This document shows positions 9,633-19,949 of a stretch of DNA of 64,000 nt, piece after piece. Under the pieces are notes generated by a model. The model was not told where the DNA came from. It saw only the letters and a program-made list of their open reading frames with translations, and did not search any database. The DNA comes from an uncultured delta proteobacterium. GTDB lineage: Bacteria; Desulfobacterota; RBG-13-43-22. The DNA lies in assembly GCA_963843145.1 (NCBI GenBank), contig CAWJJC010000020.1:256001-320000 (forward strand), written 5' to 3'. Position 1 is the stretch's first letter. Every line of letters starts with the position of its first letter. The translations under genes and the position numbers were made by a program.

Positions 9633-10814
9633 TTAAAGCAGCGTTGCCGGACGTACGGCTTGGGAGCCGAATTTTTCCTGAATGACGTCCAAGGCCTGGT
9701 TGAGATGATTGCCGGACGCCGGGCGGTCTTCGGAATTAAAAATGGAAAGCTGCTGACTCTGATCTGGGCGGTCCGGGTGGGAAACGGATATTCCCAATAG
9801 ACGGATGGGCCGGCGGCCGGCCTCGGTTTTGGACAGCAACTCACAAACCTGTCGATAAACGGTCCGTCCGTCGTTGGTGGTTTCCGGCAAGGTCAGGGAC
9901 CGGGTGATTTGCCGGAAATCCTGGTACTTCACTTTCAGCGTAATGGTTCGGCCGGCAAAACCGCAGCGGCGCATCCGCCGAGTCACTCGCTGGGCCAAAG
10001 ATAAGAGGGCTTTTTTTAAAACGTCCAGCTCCAGCAAGTCCAGGTCGAAGGTCTCTTCCTGGCCCACGGATTTAATCTCGTGGTCCGTTTGAACCTCCCG
10101 GTCATCAATTCCCCGAGCCAGTTCATACAGGTGGCGGCCATGTTCCCCGAATTTTTTCTCCAACAGGGATAGGGGCAAACGGCTCAGGTCTCCGATGGTC
10201 ATCACGTTAAACAAAGCTAAGACGTTTCGGGTGGCCTCTCCCACCCCCCAGAGCCTGCCGATCGGCAAGGGGTCCAAGAACGCCCGGACCCCCTCAGGGG
10301 GTACCACGGTCAGGCCGTCCGGTTTGTGGAGCGCTGAGGCGATCTTGGCCAGGAACTTGTTCGGGGCCACTCCGGCCGACAGGCTCAGACCGGTATTCTC
10401 TCGGATTAGCGCTTTAATCTTTCGGGCCATCTCTTCCGGAGGCCCAAAAAGCCGAGTGGAGGCGGTGATGTCCAGAAAGGCCTCATCAATGGACAACGGT
10501 TCGACCAGGGGAGTGAAAAAACGAAAAAGGGAAAAGATTTGCTTAGAGATTTCCTGGTAGCGTGTCATGCGGACCGGAAGAAATACCCCCTGGGGGCAGA
10601 GGCGACGGGCAGTGGCTATGGGCTGCGCCGAATGGACACCAAAGGCCCGGGCCTCATAGGAGGCCGCCGAGACCACGCCCCTCCGATAATCCCCCCCCAC
10701 GATTACCGGCCTCCCTTTTAGCGAAGGATCGTCCAGCATCTCCACGGAGGCATAGAAGGCATCCATATCCAAATGGACAATTCGGCGACTTTTGCCGGCG
10801 ACTTCCTGAAGCAC
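9633..10814 (-). CDS. dinB: DNA polymerase IV (Y-family)
   Basis: IVHLDMDAFYASVE, SYEARAFGV, SIDEAFLD, NKFLAKIAS, C-terminal QLSIF clamp-binding motif. Confidence 0.96.
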   Translation of the reverse strand: MLQEVAGKSRRIVHLDMDAFYASVEMLDDPSLKGRPVIVGGDYRRGVVSAASYEARAFGVHSAQPIATARRLCPQGVFLPVRMTRYQEISKQIFSLFRFFTPLVEPLSIDEAFLDITASTRLFGPPEEMARKIKALIRENTGLSLSAGVAPNKFLAKIASALHKPDGLTVVPPEGVRAFLDPLPIGRLWGVGEATRNVLALFNVMTIGDLSRLPLSLLEKKFGEHGRHLYELARGIDDREVQTDHEIKSVGQEETFDLDLLELDVLKKALLSLAQRVTRRMRRCGFAGRTITLKVKYQDFRQITRSLTLPETTNDGRTVYRQVCELLSKTEAGRRPIRLLGISVSHPDRPDQSQQLSIFNSEDRPASGNHLNQALDVIQEKFGSQAVRPATLL

Positions 10815-10857
10815 GATTACGCTGGCCTTTCGAAGAAGAAATCAAAACGGGCTGCGG

Positions 10858-11508
10858 TTATTTTTTATCGGGTACCAGAAAAACCCGAAAATCGGAAGTG
10901 CGAAAAAGATCCCGGATTGTTTTTTCCAGGAGAGTATTCAACACCATCTGGCTGCTCGGGGTAAAGGTGTCCGGGCTGAAGGGGATGCGCTCCTCCCGAT
11001 GCCCGATTTTCTTGCTCCAGATCGTATCTCCGGTGGAAGGCCGGATGATAAAGGCTTCGATCTCCACATCGGCCACAAAACGTACTTTTTGATGGGCAAA
11101 AAAATGGGAAATCGCCCCCCCGACTAAATAATCTACCTGGGTATACGGTATTTTTTTTAAGAGCGTCCGAATATCATGGCGGCCGATCTGGATGGTATAG
11201 ATCTCATCGCTGCTGAGTTCATACCCGCTGGCCTCGATCTCTTTTTTTACCGATCGGGTAACCATTTGCGAAATACTGGCGGCCCCTACCAGCTTCTCCC
11301 CATATAAACTGGCCTGCCCCACCCACTGGTTATCTTCCTGTCCGTTCCAGGTAGTATCTTCAAAGGGCAGCACCGCCACCCGGACCGGTTTACTCGGCTT
11401 CGGCGATGCCTTTCCGGGGAGGTATTCCAGTTCCACCGTCCGGGTCATGATGCAGCCAACCAGCAACAAAGGCAATAAACTCCACCAGGGGAAACGGTGG
11501 CTCTTCAT
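10858..11508 (-). CDS. Putative lipoprotein (CsgG/LpoB/YajG-like fold suspected)
   Basis: Lipobox LLVGC; VAVLPFED motif; 216 aa in a minus-strand operon. Confidence 0.6.
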   Translation of the reverse strand: MKSHRFPWWSLLPLLLVGCIMTRTVELEYLPGKASPKPSKPVRVAVLPFEDTTWNGQEDNQWVGQASLYGEKLVGAASISQMVTRSVKKEIEASGYELSSDEIYTIQIGRHDIRTLLKKIPYTQVDYLVGGAISHFFAHQKVRFVADVEIEAFIIRPSTGDTIWSKKIGHREERIPFSPDTFTPSSQMVLNTLLEKTIRDLFRTSDFRVFLVPDKK

Positions 11509-12870
11509 CTAAACCTCCTTTGGGGACTGTTCCTCCCAGGCCTTATCGGCTAAAAGGCCATAGGCCTCGGCGAAACGATCCATGGCCGGGGCCAGGTCGG
11601 TAAACAGGGCCTCGGCTCCGGGATGGGTAAAATGGGCGCCGGTCTCCAAGGCCAGGCGGCGGCCCAATTCGGGTTTGTCCACCAGCAGACAGGGACGGAG
11701 CAAATTTTCATGCACCGGCTGTTCGGAACGAATGCCTTTAAACAGGGGAGAGTTCAAGGCCACCTTTAAAGACGTCTCCTTGATATTGTGCGTGGCGAAA
11801 TGGCAGAAGACGCAGGGCTCCACATCCCCATTAGCGTTTATGTGAAAATATTTGCGGCCCCCGGAAATACAGCCGCCGACCACCGGACCATCGTTCCAGA
11901 AATCACCGACCAGAATCGGCTTAGCGGCCCGAACCCGGGTCAACCAGCTCCTCAGACCGTCCCGCTGGTCGGGGCTGGGCATCAACTCGACCTGCGGCTC
12001 CCGGCCGACCGGAACGTACATGAAATACCAGCCCAACAGGCATCCCTGTTCGATCAGGAAATCGATAAAGGCCTCGCTGGTGAGGGTTTCATGATTTCTG
12101 CTGGTTTGGGTGGCGGAAAATCCGAAAATAATCCCGGCCTCCTTCAAATACTTCATGGCCCGCACGACCCGGTCGAAATGACCCGGTCCCCGACGTCGGT
12201 CGGTATCTTCCTGGAAACCCTCGAGGCTGATGGCCGGGATGATATTCCCGCACCGGGCTATCCGCTCCGCCAGGGCCTGGTCTATCAATCCACCGTGGGT
12301 ATAGATATGAAAAATCATATCCCGGTGTTGTTCAAAAATATCAAAAATATCCTTCTTGAAAAAAGGTTCTCCCCCCGAAACCACGCAAAAATACATGCCC
12401 ATTTCCTTGGCCTCGTCCAGGGCTCGGTGAATGGTCTCCAGGGACAATTCCGCCTCCCGGGTGTAGCTGCCGGCATAACACCCGAAGCAGCGGAGATTGC
12501 ATTGCATGGTCGGGCTGATGACCAAAAAAGCGGGAGGATAGAATCCGCCCTCCTGCTCGGAAAAGGCCTTGCGCCGGTTGGTCCCGACCAGTAACTGGTT
12601 GATGATCAAGGTCTGGATGATGGTTTTTCGGTGGTGGGGATTGGTCCGGTAGAGAATTTTCTTGGTAACTTCCAGGGACGGGTGATCCTGGTCGAATAGA
12701 TCCTGGATCCACTGGATCTTGGACACATAATAATCTTTGCGGGCCAACAGGGTGGCCAGTCGAGCGATCTGGGTGTAGGTCCAGCGGAATTTTTTTTCAT
12801 CCCTGGTGTGCGCCAGGGCCGCCAGCAATAAATTAATACTATTGGCCAGGGCCTGATTTCTCAAGGACAT
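11509..12870 (-). CDS. Radical SAM protein with C-terminal SPASM/twitch-like Cys cluster
   Basis: CNLRCFGC (CxxxCxxC), SGGEP, GGCISGG...EPCVFC...RPC. Confidence 0.9.
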   Translation of the reverse strand: MSLRNQALANSINLLLAALAHTRDEKKFRWTYTQIARLATLLARKDYYVSKIQWIQDLFDQDHPSLEVTKKILYRTNPHHRKTIIQTLIINQLLVGTNRRKAFSEQEGGFYPPAFLVISPTMQCNLRCFGCYAGSYTREAELSLETIHRALDEAKEMGMYFCVVSGGEPFFKKDIFDIFEQHRDMIFHIYTHGGLIDQALAERIARCGNIIPAISLEGFQEDTDRRRGPGHFDRVVRAMKYLKEAGIIFGFSATQTSRNHETLTSEAFIDFLIEQGCLLGWYFMYVPVGREPQVELMPSPDQRDGLRSWLTRVRAAKPILVGDFWNDGPVVGGCISGGRKYFHINANGDVEPCVFCHFATHNIKETSLKVALNSPLFKGIRSEQPVHENLLRPCLLVDKPELGRRLALETGAHFTHPGAEALFTDLAPAMDRFAEAYGLLADKAWEEQSPKEV

Positions 12871-12886
12871 CGGTTGTTCCCTTTAA

Positions 12887-13360
12887 TCAAGGCCATAAGC
12901 GCCCGAGGGTTTCTCCCAGTCCCAACAACAGGAGACAGCCGGCCACCGAACCGCCAATTAGGATCGGGTAAGAGGCCCGTTTAGGAATTTTCAGCGAAAA
13001 AGCCATCAGGACGCCGCTCCACATCCCCCCGCCCTTGACCGGCACCAGGGTGATGAGGAATACCCCCAAGCCCTTCCAGGCCGACCAGATCCGCCAGATC
13101 CTGGACTGTTGGACGCCCTCCCGGCGCCGTTCCATCCAGGGTTTGACCCGATGAAGAAAAGACAGCCGCAGGAGTCCCTCGTAGGCCAGATAAAACAAGG
13201 GAATTTGCGCGATATCCAGGAGTACTACCAGGGGAAAAAAGAAGAGCAGGCTCTGACCTAACCACTGAGCGCTCAATAGGGCGGCCGTCCGTCCTCCAAA
13301 GATATAAAGGACAAAGAAATTAACAAAATAATACTCCTTAAGCCAATCCACCCATCCCAT
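12887..13360 (-). CDS. Small multi-drug export-family membrane protein
   Basis: Hydrophobic 157 aa; G...FLITLVPVKGGGMWSG resembles the family P..GTGAWTG motif. Confidence 0.55.
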   Translation of the reverse strand: MGWVDWLKEYYFVNFFVLYIFGGRTAALLSAQWLGQSLLFFFPLVVLLDIAQIPLFYLAYEGLLRLSFLHRVKPWMERRREGVQQSRIWRIWSAWKGLGVFLITLVPVKGGGMWSGVLMAFSLKIPKRASYPILIGGSVAGCLLLLGLGETLGRLWP

Positions 13361-13432
13361 GCTTGCTATTCTGCACCCCCAGCCGGTCTTTTATCTTAGA
13401 AGAATGTAGCGCGTTTTGCAATAAGATTTGCT

Positions 13433-13529
13433 GACGCTTCGCCCTTTTGGGTGGGTGGTCGCAATATAGGGCAGATTAACTTAAAGTCGGGCCTCCTTGG
13501 CCGACGGGTCTCCGAGAAAGGGTTTTCCA
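13433..13529 (+). repeat. Dispersed ~77-bp repeat, copy A (centre replaced/expanded)
   Basis: GACGCTTCGCCCTTTTGGGTGGGT...TGGCCGACGGGTCTCCGAGAAAGGGTTTTCCA shared with four other loci. Confidence 0.75.
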
Positions 13530-13655
13530 TATTGGTTTATGGGTTCTAACCCGGCCCCCGTGTTTTCAACTCTTCCTGGAGGCAGGGCCAGCCGGGGAGG
13601 CATCAAAAGACTCTGAGTATGGGCCTGCTATAAATTAAATTAGCGACTTAGGCCC

Positions 13656-13751
13656 GGATTCGAAGTCCGGAGTCCCTTTGGAAAAACCTTTCTCGGAGAC
13701 CCGTCGGCCATACCAGATAGGCGGGGGTACCCACCTGAAAGGGAGAACAAC
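13656..13751 (-). repeat. Dispersed ~77-bp repeat, copy B (plus ~20-bp extension shared with copy C)
   Basis: Reverse complement GTTGTTCTCCCTTTCAGGTGGGTACCCCGCCTATCTGGTATGGCCGACGGGTCTCCGAGAAAGGTTTTTCCAAAG...TCCGGACTTCGAATCC. Confidence 0.8.
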
Positions 13752-13758
13752 CTATTGG

Positions 13759-14991
13759 CTATCCTCTGGTTCGATCCTTCAGCAGCCGTTTCATATCCCG
13801 ATCGTAGAGCAGGGTGAAGAGGGTCAGCACCCGGCCCAGGGCCGGTCCGGGATCGGACCAGGAAAAGAAATCATGGGCCGTATTTTTATCGAAAAACCGA
13901 AAAAAAGAAGGCGTCATTTGAAATCGCCTGGGATTCTTGAAAAAATGGAGGAGGTCTCCCGGGAGTATCCAGCGGCAGCGTTTCCCCAGGGGATACTTCT
14001 GGGCCTCGGGGATCGGCCAATCCCTGGCCAGACAATAGAGCCAATACGGGAAATCCACTCCGGCGTAGACCGCCAGGGGCAGAGAACCCCAAAACCGGGG
14101 ATTGATTTCCATCAGCTTGGGCAACCCGTCCCGGGGGTCGTAGCGAAACTCCACCATGGCCACTCCGAACCAATCCAGTGCCCGAAGGAGAATTTCCGCC
14201 ATTTTTTCGACCTGCGGGTCGGCAATGCTCTCCCGTAAGGTGCTCGGCCCTCCGCTGATCGGATACTCCCGAATTCTCTGGTGGGTAAAGCGGGCTAAGG
14301 GCTCGTGGTCCTTACTGAAAAGAAAGGAAACTCCCACCGCGGCCCCTCCCGGGGGAATGTACTCCTGAATCAAGGGCCAGGGGTAACGGCCATGGACCCG
14401 CTGAAAGGCGGGCCAAAGGTCCTTTCGTTCGCGGACATAAGTAACCCCGGTGGAACCCGATCCCAGGCGAGGTTTAATAACTGCCGGACAGGGTAATTCC
14501 GGCAGCAGGTCCTGCACTTCTTCCAATTGCCTGGGGAAGTAGGTCCGCGGCGTAGGGATCCCTAGCTTCCCGGCTAATTTCAGGACTTCATCCTTCCGCC
14601 GGGCCCGGTCCAGAAAGGCCTCCTCGTGCACCGGCAGGCGGGTATATTTTTCCACCTCTTTTCTGTTTCGGGCCAACAACAGCATGGTCCGTTCTTCCAT
14701 GGGGATCAGCGCCTCATAGGTCCGCCGCCGAAGTTCGCGAACCACCTCTTCCAGAAAAGCCTCAGGTTGGAAATAGGGCGATGGATACACCCAGCGACGA
14801 TCACAAAAACGGGAGAAAAACGTAGTGGCGATCCAGGTGCTTTCCCCCACGGTCACCCGAAGCCCTTTTTTGCCCAAGGATCGAGCCGCGGCCAGGGTCT
14901 TGGCCCAATGGCCGTCGGTCAGCAACACCCGGGGGGGGAGCCTTTTCCGGGTCAGGAAAGAGGTCTTATTGGGGCTTGAAGGAATCCGCAT
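13759..14991 (-). CDS. ATP-grasp (carboxylate-amine ligase family) protein
   Basis: P.VIKPR.GSGS.GV, LIQEYIPG-like motif, REYPISGGPST, MVEF...LMEINPRFWGS. Confidence 0.88.
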   Translation of the reverse strand: MRIPSSPNKTSFLTRKRLPPRVLLTDGHWAKTLAAARSLGKKGLRVTVGESTWIATTFFSRFCDRRWVYPSPYFQPEAFLEEVVRELRRRTYEALIPMEERTMLLLARNRKEVEKYTRLPVHEEAFLDRARRKDEVLKLAGKLGIPTPRTYFPRQLEEVQDLLPELPCPAVIKPRLGSGSTGVTYVRERKDLWPAFQRVHGRYPWPLIQEYIPPGGAAVGVSFLFSKDHEPLARFTHQRIREYPISGGPSTLRESIADPQVEKMAEILLRALDWFGVAMVEFRYDPRDGLPKLMEINPRFWGSLPLAVYAGVDFPYWLYCLARDWPIPEAQKYPLGKRCRWILPGDLLHFFKNPRRFQMTPSFFRFFDKNTAHDFFSWSDPGPALGRVLTLFTLLYDRDMKRLLKDRTRG

Positions 14992-15011
14992 AATATGTTA
15001 AACAACTTATT

Positions 15012-15108
15012 GTTGCTTCGCCCTGTTGGGTGAGTACCCTGAATTGCTGGTCTGGCCGCCTGGGTCTCTTGGAAAGGGTTTTCCAAGGGCCATCCGGACT
15101 TCGAATCC
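15012..15108 (+). repeat. Dispersed ~77-bp repeat, copy C (plus extension)
   Basis: GTTGCTTCGCCCTGTTGGGTGAGTACCC...TGGCCGCCTGGGTCTCTTGGAAAGGGTTTTCCAAG...TCCGGACTTCGAATCC. Confidence 0.75.
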
Positions 15109-15164
15109 TGTTCTAAGATATCAACTTTACCTTACTAAAAATACGCGCTAAGGGGTACCATTTA

Positions 15165-15950
15165 TTGGACCGGGGGCTCTCGGAGACGCTCTTCCCTTAT
15201 TTCCAGTCCGGTGAATTCCGACAGCGGGCCGCCCTGGTGACGGGCGGTTCCCGGGGAATCGGCCGGGCCATCGCTCGGGGTTTGGCGTTGCTGGGAGCGG
15301 ATTTGGTCGTGGGCTACCATCAGGATCGGCCTTCGGCCCTGATCCTGCAAAAAGAGATCTTGGAACAGGGGGGGCATTGCCTTTTGGTTCAAGGCGATGT
15401 CTCGGACCAATCGACCCTGAAGGAAATGGCCGGACAGGCCCTGGATCATTTCGGACGAATCGATATCTTGATCAACAACGCCGGACTGTTGCGGGATAAG
15501 TTGTTTCTCTTCCTCCAGGAAGAGGACTGGGATCGGGTAGTGAACGTGAATCTGAAAGGGGTCTATTGGGGCTGCCAGGCCGTAGTGAAAACCATGATCG
15601 GGCAGCGCTTCGGCCGGATCATCAACCTGACCTCCCCGAGCGCCTTGTTAGGACGGGCCGCGCAGACCAATTACGCCGCCGCCAAAGGAGGCGTAGTCAG
15701 TTTCACCCGCTCCCTGGCCCGTGAGTTGGCCCATAGCTGCATCACGGTTAACGCCCTTTTACCGGGAGTCATTCAAACCGAAATGTTCGCGGGTTTACCG
15801 GAGAAGGTGCAAGAGGAACTGGAGCATCAAATCCCTATGGGGCGACCGGGGAGCCCCGTAGAAGTGGTCGGGGCGGCGCTTTTTCTGGCCTCTCCCCGGT
15901 CCGGGTACATTACCGGTCAAATCATGGCCGTAGACGGAGGATTAACCTGA
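15165..15950 (+). CDS. fabG: 3-oxoacyl-ACP reductase (FabG-like SDR)
   Basis: TGGSRGIG, NNAG..RD, NYAAAKGG, YITGQ..VDGG. Confidence 0.88.
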   Translation: MDRGLSETLFPYFQSGEFRQRAALVTGGSRGIGRAIARGLALLGADLVVGYHQDRPSALILQKEILEQGGHCLLVQGDVSDQSTLKEMAGQALDHFGRIDILINNAGLLRDKLFLFLQEEDWDRVVNVNLKGVYWGCQAVVKTMIGQRFGRIINLTSPSALLGRAAQTNYAAAKGGVVSFTRSLARELAHSCITVNALLPGVIQTEMFAGLPEKVQEELEHQIPMGRPGSPVEVVGAALFLASPRSGYITGQIMAVDGGLT

Positions 15951-15958
15951 AAATAATT

Positions 15959-16252
15959 ATGGAAAAATATTCTTTGGAAGATATAGCAGACACTCCGCGG
16001 TTGATGGACTTCCTGCGCCGGATGATCATCGAGTCCTTAAAATTGGAAGACCTGGATCCGGCCGAGATCCAAGAGGACGAACCCTTGTTTGGCGAAGGCC
16101 TGGGACTCGATTCCCTGGACGCCCTGGAATTGGTGGTGGCCATCGAAAAACTCTTCGGGGTGGTCATTGAAAACGAGGACCAGGGGAAGGAGGCCTTTGT
16201 CTCCCTGAGGGCGCTGGCCCTTTATATCCAGCAAGAGGTCGGCCGACCTTGA
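15959..16252 (+). CDS. Acyl carrier protein (aryl-polyene/type II PKS-like subfamily)
   Basis: LKLEDLDPAEI.EDEPLFGEGLGLDSLDALEL with phosphopantetheine Ser. Confidence 0.9.
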   Translation: MEKYSLEDIADTPRLMDFLRRMIIESLKLEDLDPAEIQEDEPLFGEGLGLDSLDALELVVAIEKLFGVVIENEDQGKEAFVSLRALALYIQQEVGRP

Positions 16253-16680
16253 AACAATGGATTGACGCCGAGGTCAGAGTCCGTTTCGAGGAGGTGGATC
16301 CCTGGCAGATCGTCTGGTATGGACGCTACCTCTCCTATTTTGAGGTGGCCCGGACGGTCCTGATGGAGCAATTCGACCTCCTGGCGGATCGCATTGTCTT
16401 CCTGGGCTATCGGACCCCGATCGTGTCCCTGCACTGCCAATTCAAGGCCCCGGCCCGCTTCAACGACCTCCTGCAGGTCCGCGCCACCGTCAAGGTCCCG
16501 GAGACGGCCTCCCTGACCTTCCTGTTTGAAATCCATCGTCCGCAGGACAAAGCGCTGATTGCCGTGGGAGAGACGACCCATGTGCTCCTGTCGGAGAAAG
16601 GGCAGATGATCTACAAGATCTCCGGGCCGCTTCGGGAACGGATCGACCGGATGGTGGCCTTTTGTAATCCCTCCTCCTGA
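16249..16680 (+). CDS. Hotdog-fold acyl-CoA/ACP thioesterase (YbgC/4HBT-like)
   Basis: VRFEEVDPWQIVWYGRYLSYFEVAR. Confidence 0.88.
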   Translation: MKQWIDAEVRVRFEEVDPWQIVWYGRYLSYFEVARTVLMEQFDLLADRIVFLGYRTPIVSLHCQFKAPARFNDLLQVRATVKVPETASLTFLFEIHRPQDKALIAVGETTHVLLSEKGQMIYKISGPLRERIDRMVAFCNPSS

Positions 16681-16690
16681 AAGGTGTCCG

Positions 16691-17944
16691 GTGCGTTCTT
16701 TTTTTGCTCTCCTGCGTCTCTCCGCCCTCCAACTGAGGTATTATAAAACACGCTATCTGATCATGGGTCTGCTGCTGGTCCTGGGTTCCGGCTTCTTATT
16801 CATCTCTTTAGCCTATTTGCATTCCATTGAAAAATCCCTGGAGCAAGGGCTCATTACCCGGCTTTCCGGTCACCTGCAGGTCTATCCCCCACAGGTCAAG
16901 GAGATCTCCTTTTATCAGGACCCGACCGGTCAAACCCCCTGGATTCAGGATCCTCGGCCTCTGGAAAAGGGCCTTCAGTCCCTACCCGGCTTATTGGGTT
17001 ATACCCGGAGGATCCTGACCGGGGGATTGATTCAAAAAGGGGAAAAATCCATGGGGGTCCTGATCGCCGGGATGGAAATGGGGAAAGAACAGGCCTTGCG
17101 AAACCGAGTGTCGCCCCGCCTGCCCACGGGCGTCGTCCCTTTATCCGACCAGGAAGTCTTAGTGGGCCGGGGGGTGGCCAAAGTCCTGAAGATCATCCCG
17201 GGCGATCGGATACCCCTGCTGGTGCCCAACGAATCCGGTTTTATCAGCGGTCGACGGTTTCTGGTCAAAGGGCTTTTCAGCACCCCCGGGCTCGACCCCA
17301 TCGCCGAGTTATTTATCTACCTCAATCTATCCGCCCTTCAGCCTTTGCTCGGACTGGACCAAGAAATCGGTCATCTGGTCCTGTTTACTTCCGAGGGAAC
17401 GGATCTGGACCTTTTCAAAGAACAGGTGGCCCGGAAGTTCAAGTCCCTGGGGTTGACGGCCAGTCTGTTCACCTGGGAGGAGGTGGGGCGTCCATTCCTG
17501 GGGATCTTAAGCCTCAGTCGAATCTTTCTGGGCCTGACCAACCTCTTAATCATCCTCATCATTTCCTTGTCCATTACCAATTCCACTTTGATGAGTCTCT
17601 TTGACCGGACGCCGGAATTGGGAACGCTGCTCATTCTGGGGACCCGGCGCGGGGTCCTCTTTCGGCTGCTGTGGGGAGAATTGCTGCTTTTCGGTCTGAT
17701 CACCTTGTCTCTGGGTTTATTGTTAGGCTGGTTCCTGGCTTCCATCCTGGGGCGGGTGGGGATCCCGGCCTTAAACCCGGCCATGGCCATGGCCTTCGGT
17801 CAGGAACGTCTTTATTTCTCAACCGACGGCCGGACCTGGATTCTGGCTTTTTCCATTTCATTGATCACCCTCTTCCTGGCCTCCCTCTGGCCCATCCTCC
17901 GCACCTGCCGGATGAATCCGGCCCAGGTCCTGAAAGAGCGCTAG
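16691..17944 (+). CDS. ABC transporter permease (FtsX/LolC-E-like)
   Basis: N-terminal TM, periplasmic GHLQV domain, ITNSTLMSLFDRTPELGTL..LG, three C-terminal TMs. Confidence 0.85.
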   Translation: MRSFFALLRLSALQLRYYKTRYLIMGLLLVLGSGFLFISLAYLHSIEKSLEQGLITRLSGHLQVYPPQVKEISFYQDPTGQTPWIQDPRPLEKGLQSLPGLLGYTRRILTGGLIQKGEKSMGVLIAGMEMGKEQALRNRVSPRLPTGVVPLSDQEVLVGRGVAKVLKIIPGDRIPLLVPNESGFISGRRFLVKGLFSTPGLDPIAELFIYLNLSALQPLLGLDQEIGHLVLFTSEGTDLDLFKEQVARKFKSLGLTASLFTWEEVGRPFLGILSLSRIFLGLTNLLIILIISLSITNSTLMSLFDRTPELGTLLILGTRRGVLFRLLWGELLLFGLITLSLGLLLGWFLASILGRVGIPALNPAMAMAFGQERLYFSTDGRTWILAFSISLITLFLASLWPILRTCRMNPAQVLKER

Positions 17945-17958
17945 GCGGAAGGTTATCC

Positions 17959-19197
17959 ATGATGAAATTTCTGCTTTTTTTTCAATTGGCTTTTAAAAAT
18001 CTCCGACGCTTTCGCCGGCGGACCCTCTTGGTGGGTTCAACGGTTATCCTCTGCGCCACTGTCCTGGTCTTTAACAATTCCCTGGGCAACGGGATCGAAG
18101 ACCAACTGCTGAAAAACCTGATAGCCTTGCAAACCGGACACCTCCAGTTAACCCCTCTACCGACCGCGACTTCCGGGGCCGCCCCGATCTATTGGCAATC
18201 CGTTCCGCCGGCGCTCCTGGAATTTCTCACTAATCATCCGGACCGGTTAGACTTTCATCCGCGTCTGGAAACGGCGGTGATGATTCAAGCCCGGGGGCAT
18301 ACCATTACCCGGGCTTATCTGATGGGTCTGGAACCGGTCAAGGAATCTCCCTTCCTGGACTCCCTCCTCCCTATCCGGGAAGGCCGCCCTTTCTCGGCCC
18401 TGAAGGCCGGGGCCATTGTGCTGAGTGAAGAATATGCCCGCCGCTTAAACGTTTCCCCCGGGGAAACCGTAACGGTGACTGTTCATACCCCTTCGAGCGG
18501 AACCCGGATAATGGACCTTCGACTTTCCGGCATTTTCAAAAAAACCAGCCCCTGGCAGGAATTTTTTCTGTTCGCCTCTCTCTCCTCGGTACAGGAACTC
18601 ATGGAGGCCCCCGGCCAGGTCAGCTCCCTCAGGGTGGTGTTGAAAGACCCGGGGCGGATAGACCGGATGAAGGCCGAGCTTCAGAAAGTAATCGACCTTC
18701 ATCAGCTTTCCTGGGGGGTGAAGGATTTTCGGGAAACAGGCGGTTTTTCGCTGGGCATTATCCAGGCCAACCATTTTTCCATTTTGCTGATGGATACCCT
18801 GCTGCTGGCCGTTACCGCCATTGGGATCAGCCTGCTGATCCTTTTATCGCTCCAGTTGCGACTGCCCGAGTTGCGGATCTTAAGCCTCCTGGGCACTTCA
18901 CCGGGTTGGATCCGCATCATGGTGCTTCAGGAGGCGCTGCTTTTGGGCCTGATCTTCGGATTCACCGGCGCCTTACTGGGCCTGGGCTTTTCCGCCTATT
19001 TTCATTCCCAGGGGATTACGGTCCATTCCCTGCCCCTCACCTATCTCCTGGGAAGCAGCCAACTGATCCCGGCGATTCGGCCCTTCGGGATCGCCCGAGT
19101 GTTGCTCCTGATCTTAGGCTTATGCGTCCTTTCCGCCTTGATCCCCATCTGGAGCATCCAACGCTACAATCTGGGGAAAAGGAGGCGTTATGCCTAA
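17959..19197 (+). CDS. ABC transporter permease (FtsX/LolC-E-like), second subunit
   Basis: LAFKNLRRFRRRTLL, TGHLQL, EALLLGL; start moved to ATG at 17959 behind GGAAGG. Confidence 0.85.
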   Translation: MMKFLLFFQLAFKNLRRFRRRTLLVGSTVILCATVLVFNNSLGNGIEDQLLKNLIALQTGHLQLTPLPTATSGAAPIYWQSVPPALLEFLTNHPDRLDFHPRLETAVMIQARGHTITRAYLMGLEPVKESPFLDSLLPIREGRPFSALKAGAIVLSEEYARRLNVSPGETVTVTVHTPSSGTRIMDLRLSGIFKKTSPWQEFFLFASLSSVQELMEAPGQVSSLRVVLKDPGRIDRMKAELQKVIDLHQLSWGVKDFRETGGFSLGIIQANHFSILLMDTLLLAVTAIGISLLILLSLQLRLPELRILSLLGTSPGWIRIMVLQEALLLGLIFGFTGALLGLGFSAYFHSQGITVHSLPLTYLLGSSQLIPAIRPFGIARVLLLILGLCVLSALIPIWSIQRYNLGKRRRYA

Positions 19198-19947
19198 GGG
19201 GTTTATTAAAACCCGACAGATCGTTTTCTGCTTCTTCTGGGCACTGGTTTCTTTGGCGGGGATCCCGACGGCCTCCGCCCAGGAAGGGACATTGAATCCC
19301 GAAGCCCTGATCCTCAAATACAAGCCGGTCCTGGCTCCGGAGACCTTCATCGCCCATCTTAGCTGGAACTGGAGCGATCGGGCCGACCGGCGAAGCATTA
19401 TCAAGTTGCCCTGTGGCAGAAAAATCCGGGGCTGGTCAGGCTCCTTTTTGAAGCCCCGCCTTCCGAGAAAGGCAAAATCTTGCTCAAGAAAAAGGATAAA
19501 TATTTTCTGGCCCTCCCTGATTTGGGAGAAGTGATCCCACTTCCCCCCTCCCAGATAAGCGACTGGGGCTTTTTCTATGCGGAGAACCTCTTTCCCTTTT
19601 ATTTTCATAAAGACCTGGATTGGGGCCCGGTTCAGCCTAAGGGCGATCAGTGGACCCTCTCGATTAAACGAAAATCCGATTCAGCCCCCTGGATATCCTG
19701 CACGTTGGCCGGCCCGGAAGGACCCTTAACCCGGGTGTCCCTTTTCGATCCCTCGGGAAAAAGAATGAGAACCATTTCCATCGACTGGGAGGGGACCCCG
19801 CCCCATGAACGTCCGAAGCGGATGGAAGTGGAAAATGTTTTCCCGGAGCCCTATCGGGCCCGGATCCGCATTGAGGACCTGCGGCTCAAACCGATCTTCC
19901 CGGCCCGGGCCTTTGAAATCGATCTCCCCGGGTCGACGGAAAAATAG
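19190..19947 (+). CDS. Outer-membrane lipoprotein-sorting (LolA-like) periplasmic protein, frameshifted near 19360
   Basis: Signal peptide in frame 1; after a shift reads LELERSG...VRLLFEAPPSEKGKILLKK...YFLALPDL, typical of the family; may be a sequencing indel. Confidence 0.65.
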
Positions 19948-19949
19948 CC

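Noticed and set aside
13433-15108. Repeats as a CRISPR array
   Set aside because: Copies are long, dispersed, in both orientations, without regular spacers or cas genes
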